A stretch of 64,000 nucleotides of DNA. Source: Haplodiscus bocki (taxonomy: Eukaryota). A program made the position numbers and the translations under genes. Positions 10,988-23,699 of the stretch are shown one piece after another (within the stretch, counting starts at the first letter, position 1; each line of letters starts with the position of its first letter). The notes under the pieces were generated by a model. That model saw only the letters and a list, made by a program, of their open reading frames with translations, ran no database searches and was not told the DNA's origin. The stretch covers positions 27,280,001-27,344,000 of the forward strand of contig OZ296651.1 of assembly GCA_965655095.1 (NCBI GenBank), given 5' to 3'.

Positions 10988-13900
10988 ATTGGCGCAAAGA
11001 AAAATTGGATTCCGACAAAAAGAACTTGGCATACTTGACGAAATTGCTTCCTATGTATCCAACAAATACCTTGAGAAAAACCTTTCAAGAATTTTTAGTT
11101 TGTTTTTTCAAAACTGTCGGAGTTTGAAGAAAACAGTTGCCTTCTTTCGACAAAAAATCACCGCCAGTATTGTCAAACTGCACTCTCTGTGGCAATCAAC
11201 ACCTTTTGCGGATAAATATCTCTGAGAAAAAAATTAGATTTAAGGCACTTTCGCGTACACATAAACTATTCGGATTTTGGACAAAATTGTCGGCCCTGAT
11301 TTTGATTACTTCATTCTAAGTTTCTAGAGAGACATTTTGGTACAATGGTTTCGAAAAAACTTTTTGAAAGAGAAGTTCGTACTCTGAGCAAACAGATTTC
11401 GAGTTTTCGGCGAATTGTTTCAAACTCTGTTGTCGAAACTGCAACCTGGTAGTCCAGAAAAATGTTTCGGAGATTTCTTTTTCAAAAGTTAAACTTTTTT
11501 CTTCTATCTCTGGACCCTAAGAGTCGGACTTCCGTTGAGAATATTTTAGCAAGTTTGTTAAAAATGAATTCCAAAACCGAAAAAAAAACCGTGAGAATTT
11601 TTTTGGATTTTCAATCGTGTTTGCAATTTGATTGGCGATTTTTCTGAAAACTAGCGATAAAGTCTCTTGGGTTGTCGGAGCTGCAATGCTCTTAGCTAGA
11701 GTGGCAATTTTCAGATTTTTGAACAAACGTTTTGTTCAAAAAACTATTCTTTCGAAAGTGTCTGGACTTTGGACAAAGAAAATTCGGCAAAATTGCATTC
11801 TACATGCCCAAAGAAAAATTTTGGCGAACACATTTTTGGAGGAACCTAGTCTCTATATATTTCTTACTCTTCTTTAGACAGAAGCCCGTTTTTTGGCGAA
11901 CAACGTTGGGCAGAAATGTCAAAACCGCAATCTAAACGTCCAGAGAAAAACTATGAAGAATCAGCTTTTTTATCGAATATCCCATAAATTTCATAGTTTC
12001 ACGAATTTTCAGAAAGACCTAGCGAACTTATAACGGATTGAATTGGGCAGCTTTATCAAAACTGCATTCTAAATGTTTGAATAAACTATTTGAGGATTCT
12101 ATTTCATGATATATTGAAAGACTTTGAGCAAAGCAACTTTTAGTTTTGGCCAAAAGAAATCAACAGGCTTGTAGAAGCAGTTTTCCAGGTGTCCAACAAA
12201 GACTTTGAGAAAATTTTTCTACAGCAAAAATTGTTTATTTTTTCAAATTTTTCAGAATTTGAAAAAAACGCAAGCGGACTTTCCACAAAGTAAACATCGC
12301 CAGTGTTGTCAAACTGCAGTCTATTTGTCAGTCTGCACTTTTCGAGGAAAATACTTTTCTGAGGAGAGTGGTTACCTTTAAAGCATTTTCGTCCTACGCC
12401 TAAACTTTCAGCTTTTCGACAAACTTGTCGGCCAATTTTTTGATAAATTCAATTTAGGTTTCTAACGAGTCAATTTGAGTACATTTTTTGAAAAAAAATT
12501 CAAATGTCGAATTCTGAGCAAACGTATTTCATTTTTTTTTGACAAAATACTTTCAACTAGGTTATCCGAGCTACGTTTTAGGTGACCAGAAAAAATTTTT
12601 GAACATTTTAATTTGCAAAAATTTATTTCTTATCTTGTATTTGAACTCTGAGAGTCAGACTTTCATCGAGAAGATTCTAGCGGTTTTGTTAAACAGCAAT
12701 TCCAAGTATACAAAAAAACTATTGAGTAGTTTTCTTGATATTTCAATGGTTTTCTGGAATTTGATTGACGAGCTTTCAGAACACTAGCGTTAAAATCACC
12801 TGGGTTGTCAAAGCTGCATTCCTCTTAGCCAGAGCAGCTGTTTATGGTTTTGGGGAACTTTTATAAAAAAAACTGCTTTTTCGAATCTGTTCGGATTTTC
12901 AGCAAAAAACAGTTAGGCTAAATTGCATTCAACTGGTCCAGAGAAATTTCTTGTAGAACATTTTTTTTCGCAAAAATTCGTCTCTATTCATTATCCTACA
13001 TTGCTGCGAAGCAAAATTTGATTTTTGGCAACCAACGTGAGGCAGGGTTGTCGAAACTGCATGGTACATGTCTTCTACTTCAATGTCTTTGCAATGTCTT
13101 CTACTTCTCTTCGTCTTATTAGCAATTAACTATCGGCATGGTTCGAAAAACGGCATTGATGTGAACACTGCAACGTATGTGTTCAGTAAAAGTTCTGATG
13201 AAGTTTTCTGTGCGAATTTTTTTTTCTTTTTAGAAACTGGTCAAAAAATTGTCAGCTTTTTTGGGCTAAATGTGGGCAGGTTTGTTCAAATTGCATTCCA
13301 TGTGTCCTGAGGAACAATTCGAGGGCAAAGTTTTCCCGAAAACTTAGTCTTGGTTCGTTTTTGAACTTTGCTGCAAAAAGTTTATTTTTTGTCGAAAAAC
13401 GTTCGGCATGGTTGTCAAAACTGCAATCTTCGTGTCCAGAAAAGTTATCTCAAGAAAAACTTTTGCAACGAAACTTCAATCATTTTTCGTTTTTTCCCCA
13501 ATTATGGGGAACTTTTTGGAGGATTCTTGACGTTTAAAAATCGGCAAAGTTGTCGAAGCTGCATTCTATGTGTCCAGGTGAACATTTTTAGGAAAAATGT
13601 TTAATAGAAAACATTTTAAAATGTTGTCGTCTTGGACCTTCCGCTGAATTTATTTGAACCTCAGACGAAAAAAAATGGGCTGGTTTTTCATAATTTTTTT
13701 CTAAACTTCCAAAAAAAACATTTTGATGGAATTTTATTTGGTACTGTTTTTTTTCGTACTCTGAGCGAAGAGTTGTTTCTTTTCACGTAAAGTTTTTGGC
13801 AGGTTTGTCAAAACTGCAATCTTAGTGTCGATAAAAACAATTTGGGGAAGCATCTTTTTGACATAAAAATCAATCATTTTCAGGTTTTTCCGAAGCTCAG

Positions 13901-16900
13901 GGGAGAAGTTACTGAATTTTGCATTTCAGCCTTAAAAATTTCAGCAGCTTTATCGAGACTGCGTTTTAAGTGATTGGAGGAACACTTTCAGGGGTTTATC
14001 GTCAAAAAATTTAAAAAAACTTCTGACCTCTTCTTGTTCTAGGAGCCTTGAATTGTCGGTATGGTTCAAAAAACAGAAAACGACTCTGCAGTCGAAACCG
14101 CAATCTCTGTCCAGAGGAAGATTCTGATGAAATGTCTTTTTTGAAAACTTGCAACTTTTTTTCGGGAAAATGACCAAAAAAATTGGCCTCCTGGGAAAAA
14201 GGGCAAGTTTGTCTAAACTGGCTTCTACGTGCTCAGAAGAGTTTTTTGAAGACGACATTTTTTCTGACAAATTTCGTTTTTAAACATTTCAATACCTTGC
14301 TTCGAAAAAATTCAATTTTCGTCTTAAAACGTTCGGCAGTTTCGTCAGAACAGCATTCTGCGTGACTGGACAATTTTTCTGAACTGGCTTTTTGTAACAA
14401 AAATTGCCTGATTTTTCAAGTTTTTCCAAATTTAGGGGGAAATTAGGAAGAATTTCTACGTCTAGAATTGAGCAGGAACGTCGACAATGTATTTTTTCTG
14501 TCAAGAAGAATCTTTCGAGGAAAAACTCTCATAAGAAAACTAATTAAAATGCAGGTGATTTTGAACTTTTTGCAACTTGTATTTGGACTCCAGACAAAAA
14601 ATATCGGCCTGGGTTTTGATTATATTTTTTTACACTTCCAGAGAAATAGTTTGAGGACATTTTCTATTGATACTAATAATTTTCGTGACTTGAGCGATCA
14701 GTTTTAGACTTTTCAGGGAAGGTTTTTGCCAGAGAAGTCACATCGGCAATGTTCGTGTCGAGGGAAAAACTTTGAGGAAGGGGACTTTCCTATCTAACAT
14801 TCAAGAAGTTGTCATACTTTGCTGCAAAAAAATCAAACTTTCGATAAAAAGTGTTCAGCATTGTTGTCAAAACTGTATTACTAGTGTCCACAGAAAATTT
14901 TTGAAGTTTTTCAGCCTATTTTCTCTTGGTGAGAACAATTCAAAATCATCTAGCGGTAAAAGAAAAATTTCGAGAATTTTGGTTCGTGAAGGTTACCAAA
15001 AATGCATTTTATGTGGCAAGACAAAGTTTTTGAGGCAACTCTCTCTGCAAAATTTAATTTTTTTTTGTACTCGGTTACACTAGGACTCTAGTTTTTGTCA
15101 AAAATTGTGCAGCAGTGTTTTCAAAAGTGAATTCTTTGTGTCCGGTGACTATTTTTGCCGATTTATGCTGTTGTTAACATTTTTTCGTTAAAAATTTCGT
15201 TTTCTTCCGATTTTTGATAAAATATCAGAGGATCCTCCTCGAATAAACTTCAGCAGCATCGTCGAAGCTGCAATTTATATGTCGGAAAGACCTATTTTAG
15301 GAAAGACTTTTTCACAGGAAACTCATTGAATTTCAGTCCTTTTTGAAGTTTGCGCGTGAAGTGATCGGACTTGGGACAAATACTGTCGCCCTGGACTTCG
15401 ATAAATTCATTCTGCATTTCCAACGAAACATTTTGAGGACACATTCGTTCGAATCTAATTACTTTCCTACTCTGACTGGACAGCTTTAGACTTTTTCGGT
15501 TAAGTTTTCGGCAGGGTCGTCAAAATTGCAATATTTTTTGTCGAGGCAGAAACTTTGAGGAAGATTCATTTTGTTTTTAACATTGAAAAAGTTCCAGGTT
15601 TATCCAAAGTTAACGGGAGAAATTAATGCATTTTGCAATTCAACTCCAAAATTCCCGGCAGCTGTATGAAAACTGCGTTTTAAGTGTTCGGAGGCGCACT
15701 TTGAGGATTTTTGGTCAAGAAGTTGAAACTTTCTGACCTCTCTTCGTCTTATGAGTCATGAAATTTTGGTATCGTTCAAAAAACGACACTGCAGTCAAAA
15801 CCGCAATCTACGCGTCTTGAAGAAAGTTCTGATCGAGTGCGTTTAATAAAAGTTGCCTATATTTTTGGGGGGAAATGAGCAACAAACTTTTAGCCTCCTT
15901 GGAAAAAAGTGGGCCAGTTTGTCCACGCTGCGCTCTACTTGTCCAGAGGAGTTTTTTGGAGGAAACATTTTTTCCACAAAGATTTTTTCTAAAAACTTCG
16001 CTACTTTGTTGCAAAAAAGTCAATTTTTGTCGAAAAATGTTCGGCATTTTTGTCAAAACTGTATTCTGCGTGTCCAGAAAAATTTCCTGAGAAATAAAAT
16101 TTCTTAACGGATTTTCCTTGATTTTTCAATTTTTTTCAAATTTTGGTGAAAAATCAAGAAGAATTTTTACTTCTAGCATTCGGGAGAGTCGTCGGCACTG
16201 CATTCTTTGTGTCCAGAGGAACTTTTTGAGGAAAAACCTTTCTGAGAGAATTGATTGTATTGCAGTCACTTTTGGACTTTCCGCAAAAAACATTTGGATT
16301 CCGGACAAGGAAAATCGGCCTAGGTTTTGATATCTCTCTTCTTCAATTCCAGAGAAACAGTTTGGGGACATTTTTTTGATACTAAATGTTTTCGTACCCT
16401 GAGGGAACAGGTTTAAATTTTTTACGTAAGGTTTTCGTCAGGGTTGTCAAATATACAATGTTCGTGTGGAGGGAAAAACTTCTAGGAAGGATCTTTTAGT
16501 GTATGAGATGCAATCAGTTCAAGTTTTTCCGAAGCTATGGGGAGAAAATAATGAATTTTGCTTTTCAGCTTTAACATTCTTGGCAGCTGTATCGAGACTG
16601 CGTTTTATGTGATCGGAGGAACACTTTCAGGGTTTTTCCGTCAAGAAGTTTATATACTTCTGACCTCTCCTTGTCCTACGAGCATTGAATTGTCGGTATG
16701 GTTCAAAAAGCGACACTGCAGTCAAAACCGCAATCTACCTGTCCAGAGGATGATTTTGATGAAGTGCCTTTTCTGAAAGCTCCCAATATTTTTTCGGGAA
16801 AAGGAGCAGAAGAATTTTTGCCTCCTTGAAAAAAGGGCAAGTTTGTCTAAACTGGGTTCTAAGTGCACAGAAGAGTTTTTTGAAGACAACATTTTTTCTG

Positions 16901-18216
16901 ACAAAGTTCGTTTCTAAATACTTCAATTTCTTGCTGCGAAAAAATTCAATTTTCGTCTAAAAATGTTCGGCAGTTTGGTCAGAACAGCATTCTGCGTGTC
17001 CAAGAGAATTTTTTTGAGAAATTAGCTTTTCGTAACATAAATTCATTGATTTTTTAAGTTTCCCCAAATTTTAGGGGAGATTAAGAGGAAATTTTACGTA
17101 TAAAATTCGGCAGAATTGTCGACACTTTAAGATTTGTGTCCAAGGAAAACTTCTATGGAAAAACTATTCTAAGAAAACTAATGATATTTCAGTCACTTCT
17201 GGAGTATGCTTGAAATGTTTTCGGATTTCGGACAAAAATTATCGGCCTAGATTTTGATAATTTCTTTCTACTTTTCCAGAGAAACATTTTGAGGACAATT
17301 TGTTTGGACTCTAAGATTTTTAGTTTTCTGAATGAACGGATTTAGATTTCCATGTAAAGTTTTCGGGAGGGTTGTCAAATCTGCAATCTTCGTGTCGAGA
17401 AAAAAAGTTTGAGGAAAGATCTTCTCGTATCTTACATTCCAAAAGTTTCAAGTTTCTTCCGCAGCTTGGGCGAAAAAATTTGCAACTCAGCCTTAAAGTT
17501 CTCGGCAGCTGTATCCAAACTGCATTTTAAGTGTTTGGATTACAAATTGATGAGTTTTTTGTGGAGAAGTTAACGTTTCTCACCTGTCTTCGTCTTATGA
17601 GCTTTGAATTATCGGTATGGTTCAAAAAACGGTACTGCAGTCGAGTACTGGTCCAAAGGAAGACTCTGATGAAACGTCTCTATAGAAAGCTTCCAATAAT
17701 TTTCCAGAAAGTGAGCAATAAACTTTTGGACTCCTTGGAAAGAAACCGCTAGGGTTGTCCAAACTGCATGCTACTTGTCCAAACGTATTCTTTGAGGGCA
17801 AAAATTTTCTCGATGAACTTAGTCTCTAATCAATTTCCTGCTTTGCTTCAGAAAAGTCAAATTTTCGGCAATCAGTGTTAAGCAGGTTGTCGAAACTGCA
17901 TTACTAGTGTCCGTGGAAAATTTTTGAGGTTCTTGAGGTTACTTTTTATCGGAAAAAACAAATCGAAGTGCTTGGCCGGTCAGCAGATTTTTTTTTGGAC
18001 TTTTGCCACAAAAAGGTTGTCAAGGCTATCAAAACTGCATTCTGCGCGTCTGAAGAAACATTTTAAGGACAACTTTTTTTGCGAAACTGAGTTTTTCTTC
18101 TCACTTGATTGCAATAGGAATCCAATTTTTGTTCGAACGTGTTGTCAAAACCACATTCTACGTGTCAAGTGATTGTTTCTGCGGAAAAACAATTCGTAAC
18201 GAGATTTCGTTAATAC
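10988..18216 (+). repeat. Degenerate satellite, ~127-bp monomer with higher-order repeats
   Basis: Core GGCAGGGTTGTCAAAACTGCATTCTACGTGTCCAGAGGAA-like motif recurs every ~115-140 bp (e.g. near 11176, 11436, 11921, 12059, 13053, 13414, 13551, 13806); diagnostic monomers recur at ~1135 bp and ~920 bp. Confidence 0.9.
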
Positions 18217-18512
18217 TGTAATAACATCTTTAGTGGGTAATTGAGTTGTTAAGTCAATACTACGAGAGAGACTTGTCTAGACTTGATGTTATTGCTATAA
18301 CTTGATGGAACCTTGCGTACGCTAAAATTTCTAAGATTTCTCAGCGGTTTTTTCGAGAAAACAACTATTGTTGACTTGGATAACACTCCAACTGTAAATT
18401 TATACCTAGATCATGAATACTCATGAATAGTCATAAAGAAGAAATATAAGCAGAGATACATTTTGTCCCATGATACTTCAAAAACTTTTTATCTATAAGT
18501 GTATGTTTTATA
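18217..18512 (-). repeat. 3' LTR of family B element
   Basis: Shares AATACTACGAGA.AGACTTGTCTAGAC...CTTGCGTACGCTAA with 43993-44287; begins TGTA on the plus strand. Confidence 0.8.
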
Positions 18513-20019
18513 ACCGGGGGGTTTTTGGTTTAAAAATTAAAATTCAGTGCGTGTTCATAAAAATGTTAGCCCTTTTCGTTGGGTTTTCAGCCTCAGGTTT
18601 TATCATGGTTTCGTCAAAATGTTTTGTTCCCAGTGAGGTATTTCAGTTGTAGGAAGATTTATTCTTTCTTAATCTCTCGTTTTTACAGGAGTTTTCAGTA
18701 AGTTAAACTAGTTCCATCAGTTGAGTCCTAAAGGTTGAACTAGGTTAAACTAAGGCTTAAGTTAAACTAGTTTTTTCAGGTAAATCCTTTGGGTTCGATC
18801 TTTACTTTTTTGTGCGAAACAAACATAAATTACCAATTATCAATGTGAATGGATTGATTTCAATTTATTAGTCAACTGTTTCTGTTCGAAAGTTTCAGAG
18901 GTGAATATTAAAATGGGGTTGATGGCGTATTTTGACATATTTACATGTCATTGTGAAAAACAATTCAACTTCTGTCAACATCGGTGTGTCAAAATGAGCA
19001 GTTCAGATTTTTCACACATTTGAAAGGAATGATTTCTTCGAAGTCTTTATTCTAAACTTTACTTTGTCTGTTATTGACTATGCTTTCTTTGTTTACTGTG
19101 CTTCCGTTGCCAAGAAAAGTTGAAAAAACCTTGCAGCAGGTGTAAAAAAAAGTAATCAACTTGAGTAGTTGAAACTTGATAATGTGAATTTTTGCGAGAA
19201 TTTCAATTTCATTTTGACCTCTTCAGAAGTTTTGTAATTAAATTCAATCTTCGAAATTGAAACAGCTAGAGAGAGTTGATTCATATAAAGCCCTCCAGAA
19301 TTGTTGTTCATTTTTTGCCCGTTTCGCTCGGATTTCCTAGGGTTTTTTTAGGAAGTTTTCAGAGATAAAGTTTTTGGTTTGGACAACTAATTTTTTTGTA
19401 TATGTTGAGTTGACAATGTTTTAACAATGTATTCAATATTTCATAAAAACTATTTCAGCGAGGACGGAATTTAAGGTTAATAACTAGAGGTGGGACAAAG
19501 CACTTACAATTACAAGCGTAGCACTGTGAGTAAAAATTTGACTACAAAGAAAAGTTTTTGAGAATTTTGAGAATTATTATAATGACTATTTCTTTAACAA
19601 AACAGTTTTAGGCATACAGAGAAAGGTTTATAGTTTAAAAAATGTTTGTGAAAAGACTTAAAGAGAGTTCAAATTAGTTGTATCGACCAATTTTCTGAGG
19701 GCAGATTTCACAGGATTGCGCGTGGAACTTTGCTTGCATCGGAGCATTAATATGAATGACGCATAGTGAATCAGTGCGATCAAGAACAATTGAACGAGAT
19801 TGGTTGAGCAGTGACATTGCAGCCAGATTGCAACCGGATTTATCCAACCGCAGTGGATATTATTCGTCAGTGGCAGAGTTTGAGTTGAAAAATCGTCGCT
19901 TATCCAGAAGAACAGCAACAGTAGTATCCAATCCAATACATATGATGTATCTTTATGGGCGAGAGGAGAACCACAGTATGCAGATATAGCAAGTGCGGAG
20001 AAGAACCAGCATAGTCAGG

Positions 20020-20160
20020 GTAAGACAAATCCAGAAATCCAGAAATCCTAGAATCCAAGGAAATGTCATGAACCAGTGAGCCGGGGAAACAGTAACCTCT
20101 GAGCCAGTCAGCCGGGGCGCTAGTACCAGTGAGCTTTGGAGCCAGTGAGCGAGTACCGGG
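20020..20160 (+). repeat. Short tandem repeats (GAAATCCA-like x4; GAGCCAGT/GAGCCGGG-like units)
   Basis: caaatcca gaaatcca gaaatccta gaatcca followed by several ccagtgagc-type units. Confidence 0.55.
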
Positions 20161-23100
20161 GGAACATATTTTGGAAGTAAATAAAACTTTTCATATAAAA
20201 GAGGTGTGTTTATGAAAAACCTGTGAATAAAGTTTTTAAAAAAGTTTCAGTGTATTTGCAGAATTATAATAATGCAGAGTTATTGTTTTTAAAGTTACAG
20301 TTCATGAAAATTCAGTTTTCTTAAATTCTGTATGGAATAAAGATAGACATGTTTGTTTGTGGAAGCATTTTATTTTTCCGAGGTAGGTTTATGAAAGATT
20401 GGTAAGTAACTTTTTTGTAGATTTTTCTTGTTGTGAATGCCAATCATTCTGCGGAAGAGGGTAATTTGAAATTGAATCATGAATAAATTTAGGCATCATT
20501 ACAGAGGGAACGTTCCGTGGAATAGTTGCAGAGTAAGAGGAGTAATAATCAGAAGATGCATAGTGGACTTGCAACATGTCAATGTTTGCAGACAAATCAT
20601 CATAAACATCGAATTTGAGTGAGGAATAGTGAGTGACAGGTTTATGCGCGAAGTTTTCAAGATTGCCGAACTATCCATGAGGGGCAAAAAGGTATGATTT
20701 GTTTAAAGTTCACTTCTCGAATAATTAGCAAATTCTATTTGAGTGAAGACCTTGATGACTCAATTCTTGATTTTTTCAGGATCTGTGCTTTTTTGTTCAT
20801 GAAATATGTCCAGTGAATAACTCTGGTTGAGAAAATGAAATAGCAGGGCTTTGGCGATAGACTCCGAGTCAATTTTATTACTTAATTGAGGAGAAAAGAG
20901 TTTGCATCAATAAACGTGGAAGCATTGGATGTTGGTTGTGTTGAAAAATGTTTTCTCACAGTCATCTGGGGTTTTTTCTCTCGATCATTTGGGGTTTCCT
21001 TCAGAGCATGGAGAGCCTTGTTGAGGCGGACGCGAAATGCAGCTTTTTGAAGTTTTCTTCTGATTTTGAAGGATTTGGTTGTTTGATTCCGACTTGCCGG
21101 TGATCAAGTATGCATCGGTATGAGGCAGATATCAGTGGTAAATGTCTAAACATAAAACGGGAATTAGAAAATTTTTTTCAGAAAAAATCGCAGAAAATTT
21201 TGGAAGTCTTGAGCAAACGAGATCATAAAGAAGCATAAACGATTATTTTTATTATAATTAAAGGAATTTTTCCAGGAATAAGGAGTTTTTTTCAGAGTTA
21301 AAAGGATCCTAGAAATTACAGAAAATATTTTTATGTAAATATTATAGCAATTTTTCAATAATAAAAACTTCTCGGTGTCATATTTTGGAAGGGAGGTTAA
21401 CAGTCAAAACTTGTTTCATTTATTTGACAGCAGACTGCATTTCGTTAGAGGACTGTTGAATGGTTTTCAGACTCAATTGCAAATTTACACAGGAGAAATA
21501 AGCTGCGTGAGATCCATGAAAAACTTCCTTCAGAGTTTCAATGTGAGACAATTCGAAGTTGTTAGCTCGATTTGGTTCAATTTTTTGTAGAATATGTTTG
21601 CTAAGACGAAACGTTTCCTGAATTTCAGTTGATTGGGCGTTAACATTTTCACTTTCAGAATTATTTCATAATTTTTTGCAGAAGAGGTAACTGTAGCATA
21701 GGAACCAGATTGAGACTTTCTGTTTACAATATGCCAATATTGCTTTTCTCAAAAAACGTGACCGACTTAACAGTCTGAAATAGGAGTTTACTATAACAAT
21801 AGTGTTGCCAACCAAGAGTATTATATTTTTAGAGCTCTATCATTCAGTGGGTGGTCAAAGCCTTATGACAAATGTCGATACGGCTGAGCAACTGTAGTTC
21901 GAATGCAGTCAGGGTCAATTTGTCCACAGTCAGTGGGAATAAAACATTCCTGTGGATTAGTCAAGTGTCTATCAGGAAAACTTTTCAGGATAAGTGAAAA
22001 GTATTGTTTCAAATGATCATAATTTCGCAATGAGCCAATTGTATATGCAGTTTTCGAAGTATGGAACAATTGAATCGAAAATGGAGAAGTGAACTTTAAG
22101 TTTTGAGAGATAGAAAATTTTGGTGATTTTGAAAGGAAGATTACCCCAGAAACTTTTGTGTGTGTCATGATGGACACGTTTTTTTCACAGATTGGAAATT
22201 CGGATTCGAATCATCAGCCTGCAAATTAGGTACAGAAAGCCGTGAAAAACCATTTGCACAGAAAATTTTTTTCTGAAATTTTGCAGTCCTGTACGCATAT
22301 GGAGCTAATTGCTTGGACGCCGAAGAAATGTATTGATCAATATAGCAACTTGGTTTTAATTGGAAATTAAAAGGTGTTGAAAGCTTATTGATCGATGTCA
22401 ATTGACTTTTAAATTGAATTTTTTCAGTTGATAACTGAGATGTTGAGGAGTCATGTCTTTGTAAATCAGGTTTCGATGACGGTTTCAGAGTAAGAGGCAT
22501 TACATTTGAAGGTTAAAATGCATCATCAACTAAAATATTGTACTTCCTTTTTGAGGTTCTTGTAGAATCAGGTGCAGCATTTTTAGTTTTTTGCGGAGTT
22601 TTTGAATCATGAATAACAGTTGAAGGAGGACTACTAGAGGCTTCTTGAATTTCCATCTAATCATTCACGGAGACGTTAGAACCATGTAAAAAGTTCTTAA
22701 CCTCAGTAAAAAGAGTAGCGTTTTGAGAAAAACAAGACAGCGAGCTTTGTGGCGAAACAGTTTCTTTATAATCTTTACGTACAATGATAATCAGAGCCTA
22801 TTGTTTATATTCAGTTGAAGGAGGAGAAACTTCCAAAGCATTTGTAGTGATACTGATAATGGGAGAATTTTGTTTTTTTTACATACGGTTAGAATTGGTG
22901 GTGTCTGCGCGGGCTCTTCAATTTGTCAATGAGAGCAAATCGTACAGATGAAATAATGCAGTGAGGATGAAATTGTGCAGACTTATACTTTTTTCAGAGC
23001 CTAATTTATTAGCGGAGTGTCCTGTTTTTTAGCAGATTTTTTAACAGGGTTTTTCTTAGATTATAACTTTACGAGAGAATATAAATTGGTAGGTTGTATT

Positions 23101-23699
23101 TCAGAATCAAAAGAAGAACTTGATGCAGGCAAATAGAAGAACTTGATTCAACGAGGAACAGAGAAAGAACGAAAGATATCAGAAACTCAGAAAAATGAAC
23201 AATGCAGAGTTCTGTAATTAATGTTTTTCAGGTTGATTTTTGGTCATAGTTTATGACAGTTTGCACTGTAGTTGAATAAATCTATTTTTTTTATTGTTTT
23301 CAGTGTTGTTGATTTTTCATGTTTTCTGATAATTGAGATGAAAGTATATGATACAGAGGTAGGTTGGTTATGCGTGGAAAATAAATTTAATAAATGTCTA
23401 TGGGATGGGATTATAGAGTTGGGTCATAAATGAAGATGTTATATGGTTATTGTCCAGAAAAAAAAATGCAGTTGATACTTTTGTGGCAAGCAGATAAATT
23501 GAAGGAAGAGTAATAAATTTCTCGAGTTCAGTTATTTCAAATTGAATTTTGTCAAAAAAAAGCCATTTTAACAGTTCATTAATTTCAGAAGCTTGAGGCA
23601 TAATTTCCTGGTTCTTAGTTACAGAATTGTTCGGAGTTTGTTAGCTACCATTTTTGAACAATATTCAGGAGGGTCATCAAGAGGTTGAGATGTTTTATA

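Noticed and set aside
10989-18172. Many 60-106 aa ORFs in the satellite (also 44147-49755)
   Set aside because: Phe/Lys-rich translations of the repeat (recurring CQNCILRVQ); no coding signal.
10988-18216. CRISPR array (conserved core with variable spacers)
   Set aside because: The cores are degenerate, the linkers are mutually homologous and recur as higher-order units, no cas genes are present, and the context is eukaryotic.
18205-18216. Target-site duplication for the 26-kb element
   Set aside because: Left flank (..TAATAC) and right flank after 44287 (AAATTTC) do not match.
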